Positions 13,359-26,082 of a stretch of DNA of 64,000 nt are shown in pieces (the stretch's first letter is position 1; every line of letters begins with the position of its first letter). Location: NCBI GenBank assembly GCA_950097015.1, contig CATNEN010000029.1:4526001-4590000 (forward strand). Direction: 5' to 3'. This stretch comes from Macrostomum hystrix (taxonomy: Eukaryota; Animalia; Platyhelminthes). The position numbers were made by a program, and so were the translations under genes. The notes under the pieces are model-generated. The model searched no databases. It was given only the letters and a program-made list of their open reading frames with translations, and was not told the origin of the DNA.

Positions 13359-13998
13359 CAAGCCCGAAGGTGTGTTTTATTCCTATTTTCAATCTTTATT
13401 TCCCAGGCTTCAAATTCCTTTTCGTCACTCGCTTTTTATCTCACTCTCTCCTATTCATTACTTTTTTAGTTTCTAATTTATACAAAAACACGAATATGAT
13501 CCCAAATTGCCTACTTCTAGTAGTTAAAAGCAAATAACATTGAGTGTAGTATACTGGCGTTATTTGTTTTATAAAGCCATTTTGAGAGTGTCCTTTCGGT
13601 AGCAACTAATCTTAAGGCCACTAATCTTAATCGCAAGCCTAAACTATTTTTATAGTTGCCGATTTCTGTTTTTGCCAGTCTATCGAAGTCTGTTTCAGTG
13701 GAGTATCAACCCTTCATTATCCCCTACTGTTTGAGTGAGTAGCAAATCAGCAGTCTGTTTACGGTCGACAAAGTCTACTGGTTGCCGTGCTATCTCCTTT
13801 CCTTGACTTCTTGTTCGATTGCATTGTAAAGAAAGGCTAGTTCATCTTAGCCAATCAGGTCTCACGCAGTCAGGCCAGTTAGTGTGAAACATAAGCGCTG
13901 CAACTTGAAGTATTGATTTAGTTTCACAAAATCTGCTTGGCTATCCGACTTTCGCTGATCTAAAAAATAATGGCTAGTAGAAGCTTGAGATCGCATAG

Positions 13999-14064
13999 AA
14001 ATCACCGATCGACTCTGGGCGATGATGAGGGCCAAGCGGACTGCCTGGAGTCCATGATGTCCAC
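13999..14064 (+). CDS. Upstream exon (NHRSTLGDDEGQADCLESMMST) of the ankyrin-like gene
   Basis: CATAG acceptor and GTGAGT donor; the phase-2 end splices in frame to the acceptor at 14644/14645 (T-PAA-MTSCP). Confidence 0.55.
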
Positions 14065-14644
14065 GTGAGTTCACGCCGCGTTCTCATTTGTATCTTATCT
14101 CATAAAAATCCCATTATCCCATCTCGTGTCTCAAGAGTACCTCGTTAGTGTCTCGCTGGTATTTTAATGGTACATCGTTAGTATCTCACTAGTCTCTCTT
14201 TCGTGCCTTCTCAGTATCTCCTTGGTATTCACCTAGTTGCTAAAATCTCCAAAACAGTAGGTTTTCAAACAGTTGTTACTTTAATAAATGACTATTTAAA
14301 CCTATCTATCGCTCTTTGCTTTCTTGGTACACCCAATCGTTTTTCTTAATAATTAATTTCCGAGCGATCTATTTTCGTTGCTGGGCTTACACTTTGTCAA
14401 GCTTTGTGCATCGCTGCTGCGCTACTGTACCTGTTGTGTTTGGTTCTAGTCAATAAACTGTCTATGGCCAAAATCTAAGCAAGCCACACACTCAGTGAGA
14501 CCGCACGCAGAGCTACTGCTTCACAAGCAGTTAGTTAAATTGTAGGAAAGCTAAAAAGAAATAAGCATCTCAATTCACAGAGGCCAAACCTAGAGACACA
14601 GCACTCAAATCGCTTGAAAGGACAATTAGCTGCTAATCGCTCAG

Positions 14645-16106
14645 GCCTGCAGCCATGACCAGCTGCCCGCTGCCGCCGCAGTTTCCCAACTCCCATCTGA
14701 ACATACCGCCATTCCTGCGCAGCCACCATCCGTACACGAAATGGATGATCAATATGATACGAGGCGGCTCCCACTATCGCCTCACAACCATGGTGCGCGA
14801 GAGGCCAGAGCTGTTCCAGCAGATCTTCCAGGTGGCCGACCAGCCGGACCTCATCGGCAGCGATCCGCGCGATTCGCAGTCTATTTTTCATCGCAACGCT
14901 GTGCTGTACCTAAATCCGCTCTGTCTGGCAATCTACCTGAAGGAGGAGAAATCTGTCGAGATTATCCTACGAAGCGGTGTCAACCACGCGTACCAGAAGA
15001 GCTACGGCACTGACGTGTTTAGTCGCGGAGTTGCCGGCGGTGATATCATCGAGATCCTACCTGTCTGCGTGGCCATCAGGCGGGAATTCTACGAGGCCAT
15101 CAGCGCGCTGAGCAGCGTGACGCCGCCCTTTATGAAGGACGGCCAGGCCCTGACCCTGGACATCAGCCGACCGCTCGAGCTGCACTACGAAAGCAAAGCG
15201 AGCCAGAAGACTTACAAATTTCGTGACACTCTTCATTACGGCACTGAAACTATGAAGACCCGGCTAAGCATCAACATCAGCAGCCTGCTGGAGAGCCTCA
15301 TCAACATCCGGCCGGAGATCTGGCAGCCGCAAGTGCTGGACGATGACGGATTCGGCCAGAAGATCAGCCTTTTTCGCCGCATTGCCCGCGTGGCCTACTA
15401 CGAGGACCCGGAGTGCCGCAAGTCGCACAACCTAATCAGCGCGCTGGAAACGCTGTTCAAGAACCGCTGCTTCGTTGAGCTCCAGCCGACGCCGGACACC
15501 AAGGCTGGCTTCATCGCTCGCATCCAGAGCCTGGACCCGATGATTCTGGATCAGGACTGCGCGGTTGCACTCCTCATGGGCCTCTACTATCGAATGCACT
15601 GCAAGATGAAGAACGGCCCGATGAATGCTCTGGCAGATATCATACGGCGCGCCCTGGTTGCCACCAAATGGCGTAAAACCTTCCTGCGACTCCCAGTTGA
15701 GCATCTGCAGAAAATCTTCAGCTGCCTGCCCGAGAATGTGGCCCTGCCAACCGACTCGCTGCTGGCCATCAAGACCCACATCAGCATCATCAACGAGAAG
15801 GAGCAGGACAGTGCCATCAACCTCACTGGCGCCGGTCGCATTCCGGCCACCGAGTTGCGCAACGTTGGCGACGACTGCGCCCTGCTGCGAGTGCGCCAGA
15901 GCGCCAACCGGTTCAGCAAGCCGCCATCGCTGAGCAGCTACATCCAGGCCAGTAGCAGCGGCATGCCACGGCCCAGACATCCGACTGCAGGCGTTTCAGA
16001 CGCCATGTCCGACTATGATGACTCCGCCATGGCTCAGGAGGGCATTCCATCAATGCCGCCGTCGCTGATGCAGCAGCACCATCAGCAGATGCTGCTAGAT
16101 CAGCAG

Positions 16107-16149
<43 letters not shown>

Positions 16150-16433
16150 TACGCCAGCAGCTTCTGACATCTCAATCGCCCTTCATTGGCCATGACACGG
16201 CAGACACGGTAGAACAAGATGAAGAGCGCTCTGAAGATTTGAACAGCTTCGAGAGGGAACTGGTGAAGCATATGTACTCCAGCACAGCTGGCAAGCAGCA
16301 GCAGCCGCCGCAGTTTACTGCCAGCGATATGGGCGACATCCGTCTCGGTCGAGTCGGCCTGCCGCAGCAACAGCAGCAGCAGCTATTCGATGCATTTGAC
16401 GCCGCAGCCAGTCCACAAGACATACCCTATTGA
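14645..16433 (+). CDS. Large terminal exon of an ankyrin-repeat-like protein with a polyQ low-complexity C-terminus (ATG at 14655, 592 aa)
   Basis: 592-codon non-repetitive ORF with strong GC3 bias; LNPLCLAIYLKEEKSVEIILRSGVN resembles an ankyrin repeat; CTAAT..CAG acceptor at 14644. Confidence 0.85.
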
Positions 16434-17204
16434 CCGAAATCGAATCGCCCAAGCAATACAGCTAACAACTCAATTCTTGTGTAGCTATAGTTAATTTTTT
16501 TTATCGTCAGCCTAAATAGTATTTTATTTAATTTTTCTGTGCCTCTAGTGCCCCTGCTCCACTCCCTAACCTTCTCAAACTCAAAACACAATGAGGAATT
16601 TTTTTCATTTTTTTTGTTAGTTTTCTGGTTTGTACTGGTTTTGGGCGAAAAATGAAATTGTAGAAGGTCAATCCCTGCGACTTATCTGAGCAGGAGCTTA
16701 ATGCTGAACTCAAGGAACTGACCAAGCAGAGGTCACCGAATCGAGACTAAAAACTGTCTTTCATTTGATGTACTCAAATAGTCGGGCATTAAGCACGATT
16801 CCAGACGGCTCCAAAGCAAACACCGCTGCCGTGTGGGAACTCGAAGGCGCTCAATTCAAAACTGACCAGCGATAACTCAGTTTAGTCCCTAGTTTAAGGT
16901 AGCATTTTTCAATATAGTGCCAACCCACTTGATCTAATGCAATTGTAAGTGCTCGAATCGAAAGGCTTTTAAACTACTTTTACTTTTTCTAAACATGCAT
17001 TCGTACACTTAATTGGTTTCATATGTTTACTATGTGTGCCGCGTGTATGACTATATGAGAATATATATAAAATATGATGCCATAGTTTAGTTTGAAAATA
17101 CTGCCACTTTTAGTGCTCCATAATATGCACACATAATAACCAAATCAGTGGGCTTTCATACTGATCACAGTCAAATTAGTGAGGAAAAATAAAAGTAGGA
17201 CAGG

Positions 17205-17950
17205 GTTGGAGAGAACGTGAGAGAACTGGAGAGAGTACGTGAGATTAAGTGAGAGTAGGTGAGATTAGGAGAGAGTAGGTGAGATTAGGAGAGAGTAGGT
17301 GAGATTAGGTGAGATTAGGAGAGAGTATGTGAGATTAGGAGAGAGTAGGTGAGATTAGGTGAGATTAGGTGAGAGTAGGTGAGATTAGGAGAGAGTAGGT
17401 GAGATTAGGAGAGAGTAGGTGAGATTAGGTGAGATTAGGAGAGAGTATGTGAGATTAGGAGAGAGTAGGTGAGATTAGGTGAGATTAGGTGAGATTAGGA
17501 GAGAGTAGGAGAGATTAGGAGAGAGTAGGAGTGATTGGGAGAGAGTGGGAGAGAGTGGGAGAGAGTAGGTGAGATTAGGAAAGACTGGGAGTGATTGGGA
17601 GAGAGTGGGAGAGAGTGGGAGAGAGTAGGTGAGATTAGGAAAGACTGGGAGTGATTGGGAGAGAGTGGGAGAGAGTGGGAGAGAGTAGGTGAGATTAGGA
17701 AAGACTGGGAGTGATTGGGAGAGAGTGGGAGAGAGTGGGAGAGAGTAGGTGAGATTAGGAAAGACTGGGAGTGATTGGGAGAGAGTGGGAGAGAGTGGGA
17801 GAGAGTGGGAGAGAGTGGGAGAGAGTGGGAGAGAGTGGGAGAGTGTGGGAGAGAGTGGGAGAGAGTAGGTGAGAGTAGGTGAGTGTTGGAGAGAGTAAGT
17901 GAGATTAGGAGAGAGTAGGTGAGAGTATGAGAGTAGGAGAGATTAGGAGA
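17205..17950. repeat. Purine-rich 10/20-bp tandem array (GAGAGTAGGTGAGATTAGGA / GGAGAGAGTG)
   Basis: Direct. Confidence 0.9.
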
Positions 17951-18469
17951 CAGACTTAGGAAAAGTACAGGCCAACTTATACTGATCTGATCAGAGAAGT
18001 TGAGTTTACCCAGAAAAGTTGCTCATTTTCTAGCTGATTGAGTCGAGTGGCAAACGAAAAAAGAAAATTTCTAAAGTGCAACCTGACGAGCTAATACTCG
18101 TACGCGGTCTACATCTAAGTTCATCTTGGCCTGCCATTAGTGAGCAAAAAAAGTCTGCGAATTTCGCGTCTTTGTTGCTCCGGCAGCGGCCACTTGAAAG
18201 AGGCCAAGAAAATCTAGGCGTAATTCCGTCTTTCCCTCTGTCCACTCTCACTCTCGCTTCACTCTGTCATAATTGCATCAGATCGCAAAGGATTTGTGCC
18301 CGGTTGGCGGGGGTGTGGGTGGATACGTCATAATTAGATTAGCTCGCGATTTCAATCAACCCTACCCCCAAGCGCCGTGGGTTAGATTTTCTTATCGATT
18401 GAAACGATTTTAGGTCAACTGATTTTTTTTACTTTGATTTCAGGCTAAAACCTATTCAATATTCTCATA

Positions 18470-18828
18470 ATTAGTTAATCTTTGGTTTCAATATTCTCCT
18501 AATTCGCTAGTCTGTGGTTTCAATATTCTCCTAATTCGCTAGTCTGTGGTTTCAATATTCTCCTAATTCGTTAATCTGTGGTTTCAATATTCTCCTAATT
18601 CGTTAATCTGTGGTTTCAATATTCTCCTAATTCGTTAATCTGTGGTTTCAATATTCTCCTAATTCGTTTATCTGTGGTTTTAATATTCTCTTAATCTGTT
18701 AATCTGTGGTTTCAATATTCTCTTCATTTGTTAATCTGTGGTTTCAATATTCTCCTAATTCGTTAATCTGTGGTTTCAATATTCTCCTAATTCGTTAATC
18801 TGTGGTTTCAATATTCTCCTAATTCGTT
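18470..18828. repeat. 32-bp tandem array (ATCTGTGGTTTCAATATTCTCCTAATTCGTTA)
   Basis: Direct, about 11 copies. Confidence 0.93.
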
Positions 18829-19880
18829 AGTTGTGTTGCTGTATTGTTTCTTTCGTTTATGGGTTGAACACTTTAATATTTCATGAAAGCGCCCGATATT
18901 ATAGAAAATATTTTGGGTTCGAATCTTTTTAGTGCTACTGAGATTTCGCTGGGACAGTAGTATAGTTTGTTTATTTTCTAATGCTTTGCTTTTTATAAAT
19001 ATTTACAAAATATGTAACTTCATTTGACTTAATTTCTATGCAATGTCTTCTTTTATGGCGCGAATATTTTCAAGCAAAAAAATCAAATTGCTTTACCTAA
19101 ATTCAGAATTTTTTGAAATTCACCCGGTTGTAGCAATATCATAGCTGGTACTAATTAGACAAGCAACAGCTGATTAAGAGAGAAACAAAAAGTCGATATA
19201 GGTATGCTGAGACAGCAACCGGTGGCTCACAGTAGTTGCTAAGGCGGCTTCCTTTGAACCAAAGTAAAATAACTCGGCGCCGACTGGGGAAGTTGTGCGA
19301 GTGTGAGAAGAATAAAAAATCCACAGGGAACGCCAAAAGAAAGGAAGGAGATGACAGCGACACTGAGACTCGGTCCTGAGCTTCTTGGAACCCCCCCAAC
19401 CCCTCCTACCCCCCGGTTGCTGAGATTGGAAGATGGAAGAGAAAGTCGCAGTTTCTCTGTCTCTGAGTGTGTGTGAGTAGTCGCTAGCAGCAGCAGTAGT
19501 AGGACATCTTGTTTCTAACACTGGCGTGTTCTGATCCCCCGGTTGCTAAAGGGGCGAGAAGGGACGGAGCTCGGGCGCCAACCCCACCTCCCCCGGCTAC
19601 TGCCGGCCAACGGTCTCTCTCCTTCTCAACCGAAAAGTTCTGTCTAGCTGGGCCATATTCGTTTCCCTACCAATTTTGCCACGGTGAGGTCTGCACCGGT
19701 CAGGATAGGAGGGTGGGATAACTTGATTCCGCGCATCCCCTACGCTATCGCGCGGTTGCTTTCTGTCCAGATTTTTTCTTCTTATTTCCCTTGAAAGTTC
19801 TCTTCCCATGACTGTCACCATGGACACTTTATCTTGACGTGACAGGCAGTTGTGTTTTAGCTGCAGTATTCAATAGAGAA

Positions 19881-20077
19881 ATGCCGACCTGCAAGAGACT
19901 GGTAGCCCAGTCCAGCTCTGACCACAGCCTGTCAGCCAGCAGCCTGCAGACAGTCTCCGAGACGCCGACGACTCCAGCCGACTCAGTCGACGGAATGTCT
20001 TTGTCGCTGTGGAATTTGTACCTGGAATACGCGACAGTTGGCAACAATCAGAGCGGAACGGAGGCCGGTGGTGTCCA
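19881..20077 (+). CDS. Probable first coding exon (MPTCKRLVAQSSSDHSLS...TEAGGVQ); possibly an alternative 5' exon of the Hv gene
   Basis: ATG, GC3-rich codons, GTGAGC donor at 20078; downstream partner exon uncertain. Confidence 0.5.
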
Positions 20078-20224
20078 GTGAGCTTGTGGGGGGCAAAGAT
20101 TCCGCTTGGCCTGTTTTCCCCATTGCAAACTTTGGGTTCCCCGTTTCAAATGGGTGGGTTCTGTGGTTCGTGGCTTTTGGATTGTGAAATCTGTGTGGTT
20201 TCCGAAGTGTGAGGCCTGTGGTTT

Positions 20225-21905
20225 CCCGAGTGTGAGGTCTAAGGATTCAGGAGTGTGAGGTCTGAGTATTCAGGAGTGTGAGGTCTGAGGATTCAGGAGT
20301 GTGAGGTCTGAGTATTCAGGAGTGTGAGGTCTGAGTATTCAGGAGTGTGAGGTCTGAGGATTCAGGAGTGTGAGGTCTGAGGATTCAGGAGCGTGAGTTC
20401 TGAGGATTCAGGAGTGTGAGGTCTGAGTATTCAGGAGTGTGAGGTCTGAATATTCAGGAGTGTGAGGTCTGAGGATTCAGGAGTGTGAGGTCTGAGGATT
20501 CAGGAGTGTGAGTTCTGAGGATTCAGGAGTGTGAGTTCTGAGGATTCAGGAGTGTGAGGTCTGAGGATTCAGGAGTGTGAGGTCTGAGGATTCAGGAGTG
20601 TGAGGTCTGAGGATTCAGGAGTGTGAGGTCTGAGGATTCAGGAGTGTGAGGTCTGAGGATTCAGGAGTGTGAGGTCTGAATATTCAGGAGTGTGAGGTCT
20701 GAGGATTCAGGAGTGTGAGGTCTGAGGATTCAGGAGTGTGAGGTCTGAATATTCAGGAGTGTGAGGTCTGATGATTCAGGAGTGTGAGGTCTGAGGATTC
20801 AGGAGTGTGAGGTCTGAGGATTCAGGAGTGTGAGGTCTGAGTATTCAGGAGTGTGAGGTCTGAGGATTCAGGAGTGTGAGGTCTGAGGATTCAGGAGTGT
20901 GAGGTCTGAGGATTCAGGAGTGTGAGGTCTGAGGATTCAGGAGTGTGAGGTATGAGGATTCAGGAGTGTGAGGTCTGAGGATTCAGGAGTGTGAGGTCTG
21001 AGGATTCAGGAGTGTGAGGTCTGAGGATTCAGGAGTGTGAGGTCTGAATATTCAGGAGTGTGAGGTCTGAGGATTCAGGAGTGTGAGGTCTGAGGATTCA
21101 GGAGTGTGAGGTCTGAGGATTCAGGAGTGTGAGGTCTGAATATTCAGGAGTGTGAGGTCTGAGGATTCAGGAGTGTGAGGTCTGAGGATTCAGGAGTGTG
21201 AGGTCTGAGGATTCAGGAGTGTGAGGTCTGAGGATTCAGGAGTGTGAGGTCTGAGGATTCAGGAGTGTGAGGTCTGAGGATTCAGGAGTGTGAGGTCTGA
21301 GGATTCAGGAGTGTGAGGTCTGAGGATTCAGGAGTGTGAGGTCTAAGGATTCAGGAGTGTGAGGTCTGAGGATTCAGGAGTGTGAGGTCTGAATATTCAG
21401 GAGTGTGAGGTCTGAGGATTCAGGAGTGTGAGTTCTGAGGATTCAGGAGTGTGAGTTCTGAGGATTCAGGAGTGTGAGGTATGAGGATTCAGGAGTGTGA
21501 GGTCTAAGGATTCAGGAGTGTGCATGAGGTCTGAGGATTCAGGAGTGTGAGGTCTGAGGATTCAGGAGTGTGAGTTCTGAGGATTCAGGAGTGTGAGTTC
21601 TGAGGATTCAGGAGTGTGAGGTCTGAGGATTCAGGAGTGTGAGTTCTGAGGATTCAGGAGTGTGAGGTATGAGGATTCAGGAGTGTGAGGTCTAAGGATT
21701 CAGGAGTGTGCATGAGGTCTGAGGATTCAGGAGTGTGAGGTCTGAGGATTCAGGAGTGTGAGTTCTGAGGATTCAGGAGTGTGAGGTCTGAGGATTCAGG
21801 AGTGTGAGGTCTGAGGATTCAGGAGTGTGAGGTCTGAGGATTCAGGAGTGTGAGGTCTGAGGATTCAGGAGTGTGAGGTCTGAGGATTCAGGAGTGTGAG
21901 GTTCT
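20225..21905. repeat. 23-bp tandem array (GAGGTCTGAGGATTCAGGAGTGT)
   Basis: Direct. Confidence 0.96.
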
Positions 21906-22454
21906 AAACTTGTTCTTGAGCTTCTTGAGTTGAGTTCGATAGAACTGTCTAGGTCCAGAACTTTGGGATGGTAGTTGATGGTGCCATCGAAATACTTCCA
22001 AGAAATTGTCAGAGACACGCAAGCGAAAACAAACGTACACAATCGTTCGTTGTTAACTAAGTTAGAGCTGTACTGTTAAATCCGTTTGTACTATGAGAGA
22101 GTAAGCGACGAGGGAGTGGCGACACGACTGAATCGAAATCCTCCAGTTAATGGGGGGGCCATGGAGCCATATAGCCTAGGGCTAGAAATTCTCAGATAAA
22201 GAGGCCAATTTCGATTTAGATAGTCACGAGATTCGCTTGAGTTTTGGTGCCTGAGGAAATTCTCATTTTTGTTGTTTTGGTTCCCGTTTCGGCAATCTTA
22301 CTGGCTGGTCAGCATTTGTTTTCCCATAGTTAACAAGGATTCGTATAATTAATGTGCACTTTTATCAAATTTCATTTCAAACAAACGCTCTACAATGACA
22401 AAATCCAAAAAAATTTAAACTGAGTTTAAGAAGAGAATGAAAATAATGAGAAAT

Positions 22455-24148
22455 AGGTTGATGAACACGAGAAAGAGGTTGATGAACACGAAAAAGAGGT
22501 TGATGAACACGAGAAAGAGGTTGTAAACATGAGAAAGAGGTTGTAAACATGAGAAAGAGGTTGATAAACATGAGAAAGAGGTTGTAAACATGAGAAAGAG
22601 GTTGTGAACATGAGAAAGAGGTTGATAAACACGAGAAAGAGGTTGATAAACATGAGAAAGGGGTTGGTAAACATGAGAAAAAGATTGATGAACATGAGAA
22701 AGAGGTTGATGAACACGAGAAAGAGGTTGATGAACACGAGAAAGAGGTTGATGAACACGAGAAAGAGGTTGATGAACACGAGAAAGAGGTTGATGAACAC
22801 GAGAAAGAGGTTGATAAACATGAGAAAGAGGTTGTTGAACACGAGAAAGAGGTTGTAAACAAGAGAAAGAGGTTGATGAACATGAGAAAGAGGTTGATGA
22901 ACATGAGAAAGAGGTTGTAAACAAGAGAAAGAGGTTGATGAACATGAGAAAGAGGTTGTAAACAAGAGAAAGAGGTTGATGAACACGAGAAAGAGGTTGA
23001 TAAACATGAGAAAGAGGTTGTTGAACACGAGAAAGAGGTTTTAAACAAGAGAAAGAGGTTGATGAACACGAGAAAGAGGTTGTAAACAAGAGAAAGAGGT
23101 TGATGAACATGAGAAAGAGGTTGTAAACAAGAGAAAGAGGTTGATGAACACGAGAAAGAGGTTGTAAACAAGAGAAAGAGGTTGTTGAACACGAGAAAGA
23201 GGTTGTAAACATGAGAAAGAGGTTGTTGAACACGAGAAAGAGGTTGTAAACAAGAGAAAGAGGTTGATGAACACGAGAAAGAGGTTGTAAACAAGAGAAA
23301 GAGGTTGTTGAACACGAGAAAGAGGTTGTAAACATGAGAAAGAGGTTGTTGAACACGAGAAAGAGGTTGTAAACAAGAGAAAGAGGTTGATGAACACGAG
23401 AAAGAGGTTGATAAACATGAGAAAGAGGTTGTTGAACACGAGAAAGAGGTTTTAAACAAGAGAAAGAGGTTGATGAACACGAGAAAGAGGTTGTAAACAA
23501 GAGAAAGAGGTTGATGAACATGAGCAAGAGGTTGTAAACAAGAGAAAGAGGTTGTTGAACACGAGAAAGAGGTTGTAAACATGAGAAAGAGGTTGATGAA
23601 CATGAGAAAGAGGTTGTTGAACACGAGAAAGAGGTTGATAAACACGAGAAAAAGGTTGATGAACATGAGAAAGAGGTTGATAAACATGAGAAAGGGGTTG
23701 GTAAACATGAGAAAAAGGTTGATGAACATGAGAAAGAGGTTGATGAACACGAGAAAGAGGTTGATGAACACGAGAAAGAGGTTGATAAACATGAGAAAGA
23801 GGTTGATGAACACGAGAAAGAGGTTGTAAACAAGAGAAAGAGGTTGATGAACATGAGCAAGAGGTTGTAAACAAGAGAAAGAGGTTGTTGAACACGAGAA
23901 AGAGGTTGTAAACATGAGAAAGAGGTTGATGAACATGAGAAAGAGGTTGTTGAACACGAGAAAGAGGTTGATAAACACGAGAAAAAGGTTGATGAACATG
24001 AGAAAGAGGTTGATAAACATGAGAAAGGGGTTGGTAAACATGAGAAAAAGGTTGATGAACATGAGAAAGAGGTTGATGAACACGAGAAAGAGGTTGATGA
24101 ACACGAGAAAGAGGTTGATAAACATGAGAAAGAGGTTGATGAACACGA
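22455..24148. repeat. Mixed 20/21-bp tandem array (GAGAAAGAGGTTGATGAACAC / GAGAAAGAGGTTGTAAACAA) with higher-order blocks
   Basis: Direct; matching blocks at 23581 and 23914. Confidence 0.95.
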
Positions 24149-24436
24149 TCGAATGAGGTTAATAAATATGAGAAAAAAGATAGAGAATAAGTCGAAATAT
24201 AGAATGATTATAGAAAATTAGTGTCGATTGTAAAATTGTTTGTTTCAATGCGGTCAAAATTAACCAGTTTGCTTCTCTGCTTGTTACTCGTGGCAAAGAG
24301 AAGACCCGTTCTTACAGAACGATACTTCCTTAATGAGATCTTGGAGTAACAGTTTTATCGAAAAAATCAACCGCTACAATTTTCCTGATTGCTTGGAATA
24401 GGCTTGCAGAAAATTTTCGAAATGTAGTACTAATCT

Positions 24437-24985
24437 CTAAAAAGTATTTTCTTTTTCCAGCTCTTCCTGCACTAGTTTTACTTCCATCTTCAGCTGTTCC
24501 TGCACTAGTTTCAGTTCCATCTTCAGCTGTTCCTGCACTAGTTTCAGTTCCATCTTCAGCTGTTCCTGTACTAGTTTTAGTTCCATCTTCAGCTGTTCCT
24601 GCACTAGTTTTAGTTCCATCTTCAGCTGTTCCTGCACTAGTTTTACTTCCATCTTCAGCTGTTCCTGCACTAGTTTTACTTCCATCTTCAGCTGTTCCTG
24701 CACTAGTTTTACTTCCATCTTCAGCTGTTCCTGTACTAGTTTTAGTTCCATCTTCAGCTGTTCCTGCACTAGTTTCAGTTCCATCTTCAGCTGTTCCTGC
24801 ACTCGGTTCAGTTCCATCTTCAGCTTTTCCTGCACTAGTTTCAGTTCCATCTTCAGCTGTTCCTGCACTCGGTTCAGTTCCATCTTCAGCTGTTCCTGCA
24901 CTAGTTTCAGTTCCATCTTCAGCTGTTCCTGCACTCGGTTCAGTTCCATCTTCAGCTGTTCCTGCACTTGCTTCAGTTCTTTAAA
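24437..24985 (-). repeat. 33-bp in-frame array encoding an 11-residue coiled-coil-like repeat (EQLKMELKLVQ)n
   Basis: 33-bp unit, stop-free on the minus strand; flanks FKELKQVQ and EELEKENTF* continue the pattern. Confidence 0.85.
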
Positions 24986-25687
24986 CTAGACTAACTTTAC
25001 CTAGATCTCTAGCTTTTTGCTAAATCTTGCTATCTTTACTACTAAAGGTAGCGAGTACAGGTGGTGTTAATTTTGTCTGCGAGAAATGGTTCACGTAAAA
25101 AAATGAACTGGTTTATAGCCTAGCCGCATAGGGAGCTGACATTGCATGCTCTTAGCTCATTTGGTTTTTTGTATTTTACAATCTTTTTTAGAGGCCGTCG
25201 ATGACCGTGTTATTGGACCCAATATAGTCATAGGTCGCTTGCGCAAGTTTACTAGAAATGAAAGAGGTCGCTTCGCTTTCCTACGTTGTTACACGTAGCC
25301 TCTGCATTCGCCAATCTCTTTACATGGGCCAGCTTTTATGAAGCTGCATCAATTATTCACCGCAGGAAGGCATCCTCACACACCTATACGAAGTCTCCAG
25401 AGTCCAGTCTCTGGTATTCATTTATTTTATCCCAGCTCAGATCCAAATTTTCAGTGGAATAAAGGTGACGAAGGTAGATAAGCAGGAAAGTTGAAAAATT
25501 GAGCACTAAATAATGCATAGCCGCACAGCAACTCACTTTTCAAGGTCATACTTTTTTGTATATTTTATGGATTAAAGTTCAGACACGCGTCACTGGTGGC
25601 AAGTCAAATACTCTTTGAAATGCATTATTAGGCCGCCATTTCTCCTACCCACCCCCTCCAAGAGTGTATGGAGGTGTTTTAGCACGA

Positions 25688-26082
25688 GCCAATCGGAACG
25701 CTCAGAAACCCCGGCGAAGAAGACTTTTTCATAAAGTCGTTTGTATGTACGCGTTAGAATGTACAGTCATGAAGATTTTTCGTCCCCTGCAGTGCGCATG
25801 ATGTGGTTAATCGCTAGCCAATCGGAACGCTCAAAAAACCCAGTGAAGAAGACTTTTTCATAAAGTCGTTTGTATGTACGCGTTAGAATGTACAGTCATG
25901 AAGATTTTTCGTCCCCTGCAGTGCGCATGATGTGGTTAATCGCTAGCCAATCGGAACGCTCAAAAAACCCAGTGAAGAAGACTTTTTCATAAAGTCGTTT
26001 GTATGTACGCGTTGGAATGTACAGTTATGAAGATTTTTCGTCCCCTGCAGCGCGCATGAGGTCATTTATCGCTAGCCAATCA
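25688..26082. repeat. 129-bp tandem repeat x3, each unit starting with GCCAATC
   Basis: GCCAAT at 25688, 25817, 25946 and 26075. Confidence 0.92.

Noticed and set aside
22377-24146. ORFs of 481-589 aa; likewise those at 37.4-38.6 kb, 41.7-42.9 kb, 49.6-50.4 kb, 51.2-51.9 kb and 59.8-60.7 kb
   Set aside because: Open in several frames only because the repeat unit lacks stops; no unique flanking coding context
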